From Selaginella moellendorffii (lineage: Eukaryota > Plantae > Lycopodiophyta): a DNA stretch of 64,000 nucleotides. This document shows, in pieces, positions 22,229-35,100 of this stretch. Location: NCBI RefSeq assembly GCF_000143415.4, contig NW_003314408.1:62001-126000 (forward strand), in the 5' to 3' direction. The first letter of the stretch is position 1. The number at the start of each line of letters is the position of its first letter. The position numbers and the translations under genes were made by a program. The notes beneath the pieces are model-generated. The model did not search any database and was not told the origin of the DNA. It was given only the letters and a program-made list of their open reading frames with translations.

Positions 22229-23216
22229 TTAATAGTAATGTTATTTTTATTTATTAAACTCATTGATCAAATGAAAGTTTATAACTATAAACATGTTTAT
22301 AATTTATAAACACAAGATTAATCTTATTGAAAATCAACTATTAGATGGTAGAATATACTAGGAACTGTGTAGGAAAATTCATAAATTGTAAACATATTTG
22401 TAAATTATAAATACAAGATTAATCTAAATAAATAACAACCATTAGATGGTAGAATATCCTAAAATATTCAAGTATATTCTAGGTATATGTTTGCTTAGGC
22501 AAACCAAAAATTAATATGAGAAAATCACAACCATTTGATTGAAAACTATCCTAGAATATATTTGGATATTCTAGAAATATTTATTACACTAAAAGAACAT
22601 ACTTCAATATCATTAGCTAAATGTTGACTATAATTTAACACTGAAACAAAAGAAAATGATAATATTAATATTTACTATAAAATAATTAATATTATGTACC
22701 ATATATGCATTTGGTAAATAATAATATTCTTGTTACAAATACCTATTATAAATTTTAGTTTATAATATATAATTTTCCTTACCTTGTGTTTTCATTAAAA
22801 GTTTTAACTTCTTTCAAGGCATTCTCGTTAAATGATCAACATTGATTTAATTATTAACTCTAGTCCATTTTTTAGAATAAGCACAACCATGAATTAAAAT
22901 ATGTCATATTTTATTGCTTCTTGAAGATTAACTTAAAGAAAAGTTACTATTGGCAATATATAAAGTAGTCTGTAATCATTAATAACTTCTATATTATAAA
23001 TAATTTTTTTGTTTGCTTACGATAGTATCTAAAATATTCTTGGATATTTTTCCATCTAACGGTTGTTATTCATTTATATTAATCTTGTATTTATTATTTA
23101 TAAACATGTTTATAATTTATAAACTTTCCTAAACACTCATCTAATGGTTAATGTTCATAATTATAAACTTCCATTTGATCAATTGGATTGATAAATAGGA
23201 ATAATAGTACTATTAG
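22229..23216. mobile_element. AT-rich foldback / MULE-MITE-like element with long imperfect terminal inverted repeats
   Basis: 22231-22284 aatagtaatgttatttttatttattaaactcattgatcaaatgaaagtttataa is the approximate reverse complement of 23161-23214. 22371-22475 mirrors about 23027-23130. Related pieces at about 31450-32070 and 42600-42790. Confidence 0.65.
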
Positions 23217-23558
23217 ACAATGCACAGAACATTATTAATATTTCAAGTTTATTATTTCAATAAAGAAAGCTACTATTGGCAAATTTTTAAATGTTTCATG
23301 TTTAAATGCACAAACAAAAATGGTCTGGTGTTCATAAGTTAAAGTAAATTTATCAGAAACTTATGGATTTCATCAACAATAAAGTGGTGGGTTTGGATCT
23401 TGTGGTAGAATGAGTGGCTATCACAATGCAAAACAAGATAAATATTGTATTTCCTCAATTTAAAGATGATGGAAAGTAGAAATTATATTGGTATATAAAC
23501 AATGGTCTAAACACCAATTAATATACTTATTCTTATATCTTAAGCAATCACATTGGTG

Positions 23559-23753
23559 GAGTTGGTCTGTCTTGGACTTGAGAAAAGCTTTCTCGTCTCT
23601 TAGCTTGCTCTTCTCTTGTGACAGTTGAAATAGAAACAAGCCGGTCTGTCGACAACTTGAACCAGGAAAAGAGAAAAACTTACATCGTGGGATCCATCCA
23701 AAAGTGCTGCATGCTCTTTCTTTAGCCGCTTCACCATGGCTCATAGCTCGTTT
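23559..23753 (-). pseudogene. Inverted 5' fragment (exon-intron-exon) of the bHLH121-like gene
   Basis: Reverse complement matches about 27967-28161, including the intron. Confidence 0.85.
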
Positions 23754-24689
23754 AAGGGTGTGACCATGCAAACAACTCTAACTGCTTGTTTACAATAATC
23801 TATCTAAACCTTACCGACGGGTTTAATTTCTTTGCTCATGAGGGTTGGAACCTTTGGCTTCTCTCTCTATATCCCTGTGGGCAAGGGTGTATCACACTTT
23901 TGTAAGTTGAGTGACACCCAAAGTAGCAAGGGTGGTTAACTCCATTGGTCATTTCCTTGTCGGCAACGGCCGAAAGGTATCTAAGTTGGTAGCGCATCCA
24001 CGTTAGACAAAGAGGTTACCTTAACTTATTTAAGTTGGTGCATTTCTCACATAATGTGATCACTATAAACTTTTTCTGGGGTTGTTTCCTTGCCGGTGGT
24101 CTAGACTCGAGTATGCATCGACAAGGACATCAATCTTCCTTAAGGGAGGGAGAGTGTCATGAATGTGACTTTGGGTATCAAAAGTTATTTGTTGGCCAGT
24201 CCTTACAGACACTCTTTCCTTATTGCCACGACGGTAGGAGATCAGTATTGCTAGTTCCCTTTATTAACCCCTCTTGTTCAAGTGTTAGTTTACTGGGCTT
24301 AGCATCTGTACTTAGCCAAATGGACATAAGGTAGGAACTCTTATGTGTTTCTAGTTGAGCATACTCAACTTGGCTCTTAATTCTCTTTTTCTCTATCTTG
24401 CACTAGCTTGACAAGAACCCTTATATATTAAGACTAGTCATTCAATATCGCTAGATGATAGTTTATTGTGTTTGTTAAACACCTTCGCTATCATGCCCTT
24501 TATGTTAGTCTCATTTTGGTCTCAAATGCTATTTATGGAAAGTGTCCAGATTTGTTCATTTGGCATATCTATAGAATGTAAAAATTGTCTTGAATATAAT
24601 GGTATTTATCCCGTATTCAAATTCCATATTTAGTCTCAAAACTTACATAAGTTTTGAGCTTGTCTCAAAGACTAATTCTTGATACTAAG

Positions 24690-25350
24690 GAGGCTTGGGG
24701 TGAAAGCCCAAAGTGTGTGTTCCTCGAAGGGGGGGGGGGGGGGGGGGGGGATAGTGGGTAGGTTGGGTATGGCCGACTAACTTGAGGCATAGTTTATCTC
24801 TCACTTGCATGCTTATCCTTGTTCTGTGTTCGGCTTGTGGAATACCCATATCCTTGTGGTAGGCGATCGATATGCTGAAATAGTGCCAGACTCCGTTTCG
24901 CTCTGTTTTGCATGCTGGTCCTAGTATTGGGATGTTGGATACTCTAGGACTGTTCCAAGTCACTCCATACTTTTATCCCTTCACTCCTTGGGCTGCATAC
25001 TCGAGAGTTGCTCTGTGGTTCAATTCCGTCACTTTTTGGTTCCATGCTTAGGAGTTTAGCTCCGTACCTTTGTTCAATGGCCCAAGACTTTGAAACTCGG
25101 GTTCTGCATCACTGTCCTTAGACATGTGGCATATGGCACATGGCATGTGTCACATGGCATAAAGAGGGTTTAAGTTCTACTTTGTAGTGTTATCCTATGG
25201 TAAATCACTATAGGATAAAAGGTTAAAACCACGTGTGCTACACATGTGCAAGCCAATAATATAAATTTCTCATTACCGTGTCAAATATGTCTAACTAAAT
25301 AACAACTTAGGATTTCCTTCTTTAGTGCCCTTTTACTCTAATTTCACATA
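24690..25350 (+). repeat. Possible degenerate LTR remnant related to element B, containing a G homopolymer of about 22 nt (24729-24750)
   Basis: gggtgaaagcccaaag motif at about 24698 is shared with the element B LTRs; ends ...aatttcaca. No partner LTR seen. Confidence 0.35.
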
Positions 25351-25439
25351 TAATAATTAATTTCTCAACTAGTTTAAGTGGAAATTGAAAAAGGGTCCAA
25401 CAATACTAACTTTTTACTATTGTGGCAGTAAAGAAAAAA

Positions 25440-26388
25440 TATTTGAAAGAATTTGCCAATATATAATTTTTGATACCCATAGTCAAATTCGCAACATTTC
25501 ACAATTATTAAAAATTCCTCTTCTAATGCTTCTTTATTCATTTTTTCTTCTTCAACAATATTTCTTCAATCTTCCTCACTTTCTCTTTTTTACCATGATA
25601 CTTTAAATTTCTTTTTCTTTGAAGGAGGGGGTAGAGGGGATGAATAGGAATCCAACCCTAATAATAGAGTGAGGATAAATGGATATAATAGTGGAACAAA
25701 GATGAATAACATGTAATATAATAAGGCCAAACAAATGTGATAGTGCAATGAGGCCAAATAGATATGATAGTAGAGTGAGGTTAAACTTAGATTGTAAAGT
25801 GAAAACAAACACAACAAATCCAAATAGAGCTAGTGCTTCAAAACTTTTTTTCTTTCAAAGAGGGGATAAAGAGGATATAAAAGATGAATAGAGTGAGTTT
25901 GACTTTCTAGATGTGATGCTAAACAAGATGAAGGTTGTGACTCTACATTAACATAAGTATCAAATTTTGGTTGATGAGAAGATGCATAGGTAAATTTTAT
26001 TTATGATTATGAGTTCAAGTTAATAATAACCTCAGAGGATCCTCAATAGACAAATTTAGACACAAGATGTATTATTTGCTGTAATGGTGCTTTATGGATT
26101 GCAGTGGCTCTTAAAGTCTCTTGCCTTGATATAAATTTATACTTTCAAGGTTGGTTCAAGTATTTGGCACACACAAAATTACAACTAATGTATCATGATT
26201 CCATAGTCGTGATATTTTTGTTATGGCTTTGGATTTTATCTCAATCATAGTTATTAACAATTACATTAGTGGTTTTATGGGAGTTTTATATTCTTATGGT
26301 AGTTTATAATCACTCAGCAAAAGCTTGAAATATTCCATTTAATTTATTGTCATCATCTTTGAAAGAGAGGATGGTGTAAGGTTTGTCA

Positions 26389-26390
<2 letters not shown>
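25440..26390. repeat. AT-rich dispersed repeat, second copy at about 33290-34115
   Basis: Shared diverged blocks, e.g. gagaggatggtgtaaggtttgt at about 26366 and 34090, and aggggtagaggg / aggggatagaggg. Confidence 0.6.

Positions 26391-26393
<3 letters not shown>

Positions 26394-26454
<61 letters not shown>
26394..26454. repeat. (TA)n microsatellite
   Basis: About 30 uninterrupted TA units. Confidence 0.95.
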
Positions 26455-26460
<6 letters not shown>

Positions 26461-27160
26461 TAAACTATTTTATAATATTTCTTATGTGTAGCTCTATGTC
26501 ACATTTGCATTAATAAAATAATTAATAAAATTTTAAAACAATATTTAAAAATTTACTCTTATAATATAAATTTATGAATTTAAACTTTTCAAAATGTTAT
26601 TCATCTCAGTATTACTCAAATCCAAATCAAAGATGCATAATTTTAAGTATCTTAAAACCTTTAATTGATTAGAAAAAAGAGTGCATTTTTCTTCATAAGC
26701 CTTTTTATTTTACACAAGCCTTCAATAGTTTATCAAATCGTCCTATATTATATATGAAGTTAATCTATCACAATTATTAATATTCCAATTATATAATAAC
26801 AATTAAATAATAAATAAAGATAATATATAACTTTAATTGCTATACAATTTACATAGATCAATTTAAATATTAATTTTTTACTTTGCAATATGTTTTTACA
26901 CTAGTACAAACTACATTAAAAATTATAAACATTAGTATTGTTTAAGAAAACAAAGATAGTTTGAAAGACAGTCAATAAAAGTTAAAATATGTTTTAATTA
27001 TCATCTGTTTAATTATAATTACAGGTATCTACGTTCTCTATCTTATTATCAGTATTCATTATAACAGTTGGTTTATACCACTTAGTTTAGTCTTTTTGTA
27101 ATCTCCCGTATACTTTATCCCAAAAGAATCTTTTATCGTAGAGAAGATGCACAATACAAT

Positions 27161-27530
27161 GGGAATCATCTTTATTCAGCTTTCGAATAATCTGGTAGAC
27201 GTTGTGGTGAGCGGATCCGGGAGGGAGAGGTGTCTCGGGAACAGCCAGCATCCCAGTGCTTTTCAATTCTTCTGTGGGCTGGGTTACCAGGCTCCAACCA
27301 AAAGAAGACGAACTTGGGATTGGAAAGTATTACAACATTTTGGCATGGCCCTCAAGACCAAAGTATGATCTATTTAGGAGGCTCCCAACGGTGTCAAGAA
27401 GTCCCAGCAGGAGCGATTAACAAGTTATTTGGTTTGATATAGTAATATTAAGATATTTTTCAGCTTTTGTATTTATTAATTTGATAAAGACAGACTTTAT
27501 TCAATAACCTTTTTCTTAAACCGCTTTTAT
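27161..27530 (+). repeat. Duplicated segment with exon/intron-like features, second copy at about 44341-44750
   Basis: gggaatcatctttattcagctttcgaataatctggtagacgttgtggtgagcgga...ttcttaaaccgcttt occurs in both places; the 27.2-kb copy has deletions. Confidence 0.8.
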
Positions 27531-27562
27531 CGTTCCTGTTTTTTTTTCTTGACGAATGCGCG

Positions 27563-27808
27563 AACGTTTTCTTTTGTTTTTGTGGTTTTCTTCCATTCAC
27601 CATGCCTTCGATTCATTGATCCACGCTGAATTCTTGCAAACGTTTTCCTTTTGTTTGTCCATGCACCATGCCTTCGTTTGATTGATCCACGCTGAATTCT
27701 TGCAAACGTTTTCCTTTTGTTTGTGGTTCTCTTCCATGCACCATGTCTTCGTTTGATTGATCCATGCTAAATTCTTGTAAACGTTTTCCTTTTCTTTGTG
27801 GCTGTAGT
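27563..27808. repeat. Tandem repeat of about 66-76 bp, roughly 3.4 copies
   Basis: Unit aacgttttccttttgtttgtgg...caccatgccttcgtttgattgatccacgctgaattcttgca. Confidence 0.85.
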
Positions 27809-27908
27809 TTTTTGTTCTTCCTCGTTCCTCTTCTCGCATCTGATACTAGTTTTCAATCTTTCCAGGCTAAGGTGTGGATCCGCTGCAAACGATGCTTGGT
27901 TGCAACAG

Positions 27909-28644
27909 ATCCAGACAGGCCTAAAAATGACAAAGCAACAATTTTGAGCGATAGTGTTCAGGAACTAAACGAGCTACGAGCCATGGTGAAGCGGCTAAAG
28001 AAAGAGCATGCAGCACTTTTGGATGGATCCCGCGACGTAAGTTTTTCTCTCTTCCTGGTTCAAGTTGTCGACGGACCGGCTTGTTTCTATTTCAGCTGTC
28101 ACAGGAGAAGAGCGAGCTAAGAGAAGAGAAAGCTTTTCTCAAGTCCGAGACGGACCAACTCAACTCGCAACTCCAACAGAGACTCCGGCTCACGCTGTCG
28201 TGGCCGGTGGATCCCTCTCTCATGCTCGGTGCGTCCGCATTTCCATATCCTCTCCCAGTCCCAGCAGCACCCGCTGCTGCTGGTCCTCCTCCTCTCGTCC
28301 CTTCGTCTCCATCACCAGCAGCTCCTCCATCCTCTCAGCCACAACAGCAGCCTCAAGCACCACCGGCGCAAGGCTCGCAAATTCCACCACCGCCAATTCC
28401 TTTCCTTCCTCCCGGTTTGTCTCTTCCTCCGCCTTACGGCATTCATCCTTACGCAATGTTTGCAAACAGGCCGCCAGCCACTGGTTACTTCCCATACTTT
28501 TCTCCTCCTTGCTCCACCGTGGAGAGGCCGTTTGCTCAGTACGCAACTCCAGGAATGCATCCCTTCCGAGGCTATACTGGTCAGGATGGAACCCCTGCTT
28601 TCTTCCCACCGTCTCCGAAGCTCCTTACAAGCCACTCCAAGTAG
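27909..28644 (+). pseudogene. bHLH subgroup IVb (bHLH121/bHLH11-like) gene, apparently lacking the exon for the basic region and helix 1
   Basis: Exon 27909-28037 DPDRPKNDKATILSDSVQELNELRAMVKRLKKEHAALLDGSRD; intron 28038-28096; exon LSQEKSELREEKAFLKSETDQLNSQLQQRLR plus a Pro-rich tail. No KAEREKLRRD-type exon visible upstream. Confidence 0.75.
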
Positions 28645-29239
28645 CTCCGAAAGCAACCAGGGAGGACAACGGCGAGCGAGGACCAGAATCCCAGCAGCAA
28701 TCTTCCGGGTCAAGTCACCCCAAGTACGTATCAATCGAGAGAAAAGCATCCTCTTGTTTCTTCTCGTTTTGGAATCTAAGAACACTGTTTTTTGCAGGTG
28801 GAAGCTTCATCACCTTCTTCTGTGGAAGTAAAACAGGAGGTGCAAGTAGTACAACCACTGGTGAAAAGCCTGAGTTCCACGATTCTCGATGGATCTAGCA
28901 ATTCCACTGCATTGCATGACTGATCAAGTGGTGAAAGATATTAAGTATTCTGAATTGGTCAAATAAATCCCATTTGCAAAAGGCATAATCTTACACAGAC
29001 CTGAAAGGAATACCACCTCACACATAGAAATCCTACGCAAGAGGCAATTGGGATATAGGATGAATCCATCCAAACTTCCAAGCAACATTTGTATATGGAC
29101 TCTTTCTCTTCTCGTGCTCATTTTCTTCCAATCGAATAGAAATCCTGGCTTTGCTTTGATTCCTAGCGATCATGCGACACTGCCACAGTAAACTTATTTG
29201 AGCATTTGGACAGAGTAAAAGTACCACTTTAGTTAAATA

Positions 29240-31160
29240 ACGCAAACGTGGTCAAGTTTTGGTCAAAGATTTGGACTGCTCGAGGTCTCCATGGAAGTTG
29301 AAGTTTTTGGACATCAAAAAACTTACACTGTTCCTGCGGCTCGTGTGTTAATATAACTCCGATCTTCCTGGATCAGTCTTGCCAGGCCGAAGTCCGAGAT
29401 CTTTGCCTCGAGATTGCTTGCTAGAAGGATGTTGAGGGCCTTGATGTCTCTGTGCACGATGGTTGCCTGTGATGTTTCTCTGTGCAAGTATGCCAGACCT
29501 TGCGCAACTCCCACACAGATGTTGTATCTAGCTGTCCAATTTAGCTCCAAACCTTTGTCTGGAGACCCTGCCGAGAGAGAAAGCATGATAACTCTTTCAT
29601 GGATCTAGCGAAACTTACTAAACAAAGCGTCCGATAGGTTTCCATTCTCGATGAACTCGCAGACGATGAGCTTGTGCTCTTTCTCAGAGCAGAAACCAAA
29701 AAGCTTGACAACATTCTTGTGCTGGAGGAGGCAAATCGTAGACACCTCGTTCTCGAAATCCCGCCTTGCCTTGTCTGATAAGTCGGAGCTAGTCAAGTAT
29801 TTGACGGCAACAAAGTGATTGTCTATAACTCCCTGTGTGTGATCAAAAGTCGAGGACTTCTCGAAAGAAAGAAACAGAGACTTACCTTGTACACACTCGC
29901 AAATCCGCCTCTGCCCACCATGTTGTCCTTGTGAAATCCTTTGGTAGCCTCTTGGAGCTCTTTGTACGAGTATTTCCTGGCCTTGGAACCGGGTGGTAGC
30001 CAGCTCACCGCTTCCCTGCTAGCTTTACGATTTCTTTTCTTTCGCAAAATCAGCACAACACACAAAATCACCAGTGCCACTCCAACGCTCCTACGGAGAC
30101 TGCAATCGTTCGAATCCCTCGCCTCGACTTGGAGCTCAACGAAGGCTGCGAAACAGAGCTGGTACCATTTGGCTGCGGCGTCGATCCATTCGGAGAAGAT
30201 GGATCTAGTGAGAAAGAAGAAGCATGTAAGAGATTCACATTGTAACTTTTAAAAGCTCGCCTTTGAAAGTGTGTGAGCTCCACACCGCCATTGGAGTCTT
30301 CATGTTGCTGATGGCATAGATCACCATGTTTCTATCTCCCTGGACCGCAAACAAGGACGCATTCGTGGAATTGTTCGTCCCAAACCTCGCCAAGACAGTC
30401 CCGTTTCGATCATACACAGCTAGCGTCGCCGTCTTTTCAAGAACAAGCTCGCAGTCCCTTCCGCTTCCCTTCGTTTTCGACTGCCACAAAACCTCTTTGG
30501 TAGTGGTGTCGCTAAACACAGCGTTGCAGTCCTCTCGCATCTCCAGCACGTACTCGGGCTTTTTAGCAGATTGAATCCGGCAACCCGGGTAGAGCCTGTC
30601 GAAAGCACTGTAACTCAGTCGCGTGTCTTCGTAGTCGTAGCAGTAGCCAATATGGTCCGTGGAATTTTCCACCCGAAAGAGACGAGCACGATCCATTAGA
30701 TCCTCTCAAGTTCATGCCCTTGATGTAGTATCCGGCTTGGAACTGTCCTTGGGCGACATAGGCCGCTCCATAGCTCAAGTTCATGAGACCTCGGAGATCC
30801 GGCAGGAGAGCCGTGAATCCAGCGCAAAGCTTGCTCCCAGTGCCACCAAAGTCGGGGCTAAAGTTTGGGCCGCAGTACTCGACGTTGTAAAAGTAGAGGT
30901 TGAGAACCAGCGAGAAATTGGAATCCAGGAGGAACAAGGTGTCAAGAATGGCCTATGGATCCGTGGCTCCATCGTAAATGAGCTTGGGAGGGATGGCAGT
31001 AATGAGAGATAAGAACCTGGCGTGGAGCTTGTTGCTGGCAGCATCGGTGAGAGGAAAATCGTCGTCATGAGGAGCTTCCCAGCGGCTAGGAAAGCCTGGA
31101 TCAGGATTAAGAGGATCACAATTCGGGTGATCCCGAGCTGGGCGTCTGGATTCATTGTGT
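29240..31160 (-). pseudogene. Second copy of the B-lectin receptor kinase, with frameshifts and a deletion of about 450 bp of the kinase C-lobe
   Basis: Paralogous to 19761-22151. The junction ctcgagg|tctccatgg at about 29285 removes the equivalent of about 19796-20244. Indels in the ectodomain and TM exons. Retains HRDIKALNILL. Confidence 0.88.
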
Positions 31161-32071
31161 GTACCCAGACAAGTTCAATCTTTTCAAGCACATTAACACA
31201 TCGGCCTGGTCAACTTTCTGATTACATATAGCCTGGTTGACTTTCCTCATAATCACAAAATTAGAAACAAGATATCATAAACGGTAATAATAATTTGCTG
31301 AATTAAGAAGCTTTGTGTTTTTTTCTTGGATATAAGTTGACTGTTAAAACTAAATTGAAATTGGATCTTTGCAGCTTAAATTTATCTGTGTAGGAGAAAC
31401 TCAATCCAATATAAAATTTGTGCTAATTGATAAAAGTTTATCCCTCTCCTCCGTTTGATTGAAAAATATCCTAGAATGTACTTGGATATTCTAGAAATAT
31501 TAATTACACTAAAAGAACATACTTTAAAATTATTAGCTCAATGGTGACTATAATTTAACACTGAAACAAAAAAAATATTAATATTAATATTTACTATAAA
31601 GTAATTTAATTTTTTTACCATATATGCATTTGGTAACTAATTATATTCTTGTTCCAAATACCTAATATGAATTTTGTTCATAATATATAATTTTCTTACC
31701 TTCCAAATTTTCTGTCTTTTCATTAAAAAATTTAAGGCATTGTAGTTAAATGATCTACATTGATTTAACTATTAAATCTAGTCCATTTTTTAGAATAAGC
31801 ACAACCGTGAATTAAAATATTTCATATTTTATTGCTTCTTGAAGAGTAACTTAAAGAAAAGTTACTATTGGCAATAAACAAAGTAGTCTATAATCATTCA
31901 TAACTTTTATATTATAAATAAATTTTTGTTTGCTTAATCAAACATGTGGACTAGGGTGGTAGTGGATATACCTAGAATATTCTTAGATATTTTATGTTGT
32001 TATTCATTTATATTAATTTATTCTTATTTATAAACATATGTTTAAAATTATAAACTTCCATTTTATCAATT

Positions 32072-32134
32072 ATACATACATATATTTATATGTATATATA
32101 TGTATGTATGTATGTATATGTGTGTCTATATATA

Positions 32135-32170
<36 letters not shown>

Positions 32171-32175
32171 TATAT
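32072..32175. repeat. Compound (TA)n/(TATG)n microsatellite
   Basis: Directly visible. Confidence 0.9.
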
Positions 32176-35043
32176 TACCCTAACTAAGTAATATATTAAT
32201 TATAGTACTAAAGTATATTATTTAAGACTAAATCTGGTCCACCCATTTTTGTATATAAGCAGGTGTCTAAACCCCATTAAATTTTTTATTTTCTTTAGAT
32301 CTTAATTTGTATTAATTTTTTGTAAGATCTAGAATTGTAGTTATTGTTGTGCTTAAATTTATTCTTTCTTATAATCTTCATTGCATTCTTTTCTTCTACC
32401 ATACCACGTTATCATTAATCAAAGAGTATATTACTTGAGGTTGCTAATGTTGCTCTGTTGGTTTGAACTTTTGATACTGTGAGGTGTGATTATATTGATA
32501 TTAAACCCATTCTTGGTATATTGTTGTCTCCAATTTTTATGGGAAGTGATTACATAGTTTGTTCTATTCTTGATGTTTTGTCATCTCTTGTTGATGTGGA
32601 GCGTGATTGTGACATCGATTGGCAAATTACAGATGATACAATCTAGTTTTTGAAGAATACTCAATGATTGAGTTTATGGGATGACGATATTTACAAGCTT
32701 AAATAGATTCTAGATTGTGATGAAGAACTTGATTATTATGAAAATAGTTTTGGAGATAAGTTGGAGATTTTGCAGAGTAACTATCAATCCTTTAATCTGT
32801 TATTCGATTCTTTTTTTTTACCTTTTTGCTCTTTCTAAACCTTTTTATTTCTTGGTTTGAGCCACCTTTTTATGTTCCTAGTGTTCTTTTCTCATTTGCA
32901 ATAATTTCTTTTCTTGGCATATCAATCATTTATGACTCTTATGATTCTTGTTTTCAGTTTAATATTGAATTGAGTGTTTTCTATCCTTCTCATATTAATC
33001 TAGATCTTGAGTATATGTGGGAAGTTGAGAATTTTGCTTTTGTTTCTTTGGCAGAGTTTTTGATAAATTTTGGTGTTGAGTATTCCCTTATTTCTAGGGT
33101 TGAATCATTTTGGTCGAAATTTCAAGTTAAATGCATATCTCTAGTTGTGAGTGCTATTGTGAGTTTTTGTTTTATTATTTCTATTAAAGGGTTTATATAT
33201 TACCTTGAGAGTATGGACTTTTCTATTGATTTTTCTGTTTCAAGTGTTGAATTATGTGTAAATCTTTTACTCATCTCGTGTTAGCCAAAATATTTTATCA
33301 CATAAAATCCTCTGTTTTCTAGGCTTTGAATATGTTTCCTTTTTTTCTCCCTATTTCTACTTTGACAATTATTGAAAATTCTTCTTCCAATGCTTTTTTG
33401 TCTATTTTATCTTCTTTCACAATATTTTTTACTTCTTATTTCTTGTTTTCTCCTTTTTGCCTTGATATTTCAAACTTTTTTTCTTCAGAAGAGGGGATAG
33501 AGGGCACATACAAGAGTTTGGCCCCAACAATAGAGTAAAGACAAATAAATATGGTAATGGAGTGAGGACAAATGATATGGATTGTGGAGTAATGATAAGT
33601 ATAGCGAGTTAAAATAGAATATTCAACCCCAATATAATAAGGTTCAATAAATGTGATAGTGGAATGAAGCCAAACATAAATGGCAGAGTGAGGATAAATG
33701 CAACAAGTTTGAATTAAGTTAGTGGTTTAGAACTTTTTTTTTTCAAGGAGGGATAAAGAGGATGTGGAATGAGTTTGACTTCCCATGGACAAGGCTAAAG
33801 GTCATAAATCTGAGTTCACATAGGTCTTGGATGTTGATCAAAGAGAAAATGTAAAAGTAGATTTTATTTATGGTCATGAGTTTAAATTAATAATGGTCTC
33901 AAAGGATTATTGGCAGGCTGATAATCCTTTGATAGATGAAGTGAGGTTATCTATGTTTGGCCTCACTCTATTATTGCCATTAATAATATCTCAATTTTTT
34001 GAGAGCTTCAAATTCTTGTAGTAATTTATAAAATAGAAGTTCTAGATGTTCTACCTAACTTATTATTATGACTTTTTCATCTTCTGGAGGAGAGGATGGT
34101 GTAAGGTTTGTAAATATTTATATGTATATACATGTATTACCCTAACTAGGTAATATACTAATTATAGTACTAAAGCATATAGATTGTTCATTTGGGACTA
34201 AATCCATTCTTGTATATAAGTAGGGGTTTAAACTTCAATTAATATAATTATTCCTATATCCCGAACACTCACTCACACACACACACATACAAATTGAAAC
34301 AAAACCAAAAACCATGGCATAAGTGTCAGTCAACTATAATATCCCGATGAATCAATTACAACTCTATGTGCAACTACTAAATGCTCAAATTAACCTTGAA
34401 GCATAACTTTAAACTAAAGCAATGGACTTCGAAAACCATTATAGGTTATGAAATGACATTGCAATAAATGATACATCTTGACTTATGTCTGAATGAATGC
34501 AAATAATCGACATTCTATAAGAAAGAAACATTGATAAGGAAGGAACACTAGGAATATAAGAAAGTGGCTCAAACCAAGAAATAAAAAAAAAGTTAAGAAT
34601 GAATAGAAGGTATAGAGAAAAAATTAAATGGTAAATTCAAGGATTGACACCTACCCTATGAAATCTCTATTTCATCTCCAAAGATATCTCCATAATAATC
34701 AAGCTTGTTATCATAATTTGGAATCCACTCAATAAACTTGATTTTTGAATATTTTTCAAGACTTAGACTATATCATCCATAGCTCGCTAATAGATATTAC
34801 AATCATACTCCACATCAACAAAAGATGGTAAAACACCAAGAACATGACAAATTATGTAATCACATCTTAGGAAAGTTAGAGACAGTAACACACCAAAGAT
34901 GGGTGCAACACTAATATGATCACAATTTAAAGTTTAATCTAACAAAAAGAGAATGAAGAATTAAGAACAAAAAACACAATCCTAAACACTAGATAAAGCA
35001 TTGCACACAGACACACGGACACACGGACACATAGACACATAAA

Positions 35044-35046
<3 letters not shown>

Positions 35047-35095
<49 letters not shown>
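35047..35095. repeat. (TA)n microsatellite adjacent to the element C insertion site
   Basis: Directly visible. Confidence 0.95.
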
Positions 35096-35099
<4 letters not shown>

Positions 35100-35100
35100 C

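Noticed and set aside
25139-25160. atggcatgtgtcacatggcat as an eighth palindrome copy
   Set aside because: It has a 5-bp spacer and a mismatched right arm, and sits in a local catggca repeat.
28645-28924. Extra bHLH C-terminal exon after an intron-like 28724-28797 segment
   Set aside because: Out of frame with the preceding exon in both copies; cannot tell an old frameshift from a 3' UTR intron without transcripts.
32826-33284. 152-aa hydrophobic ORF
   Set aside because: T-rich repeat sequence with a TTG start; hydrophobicity follows from base composition.
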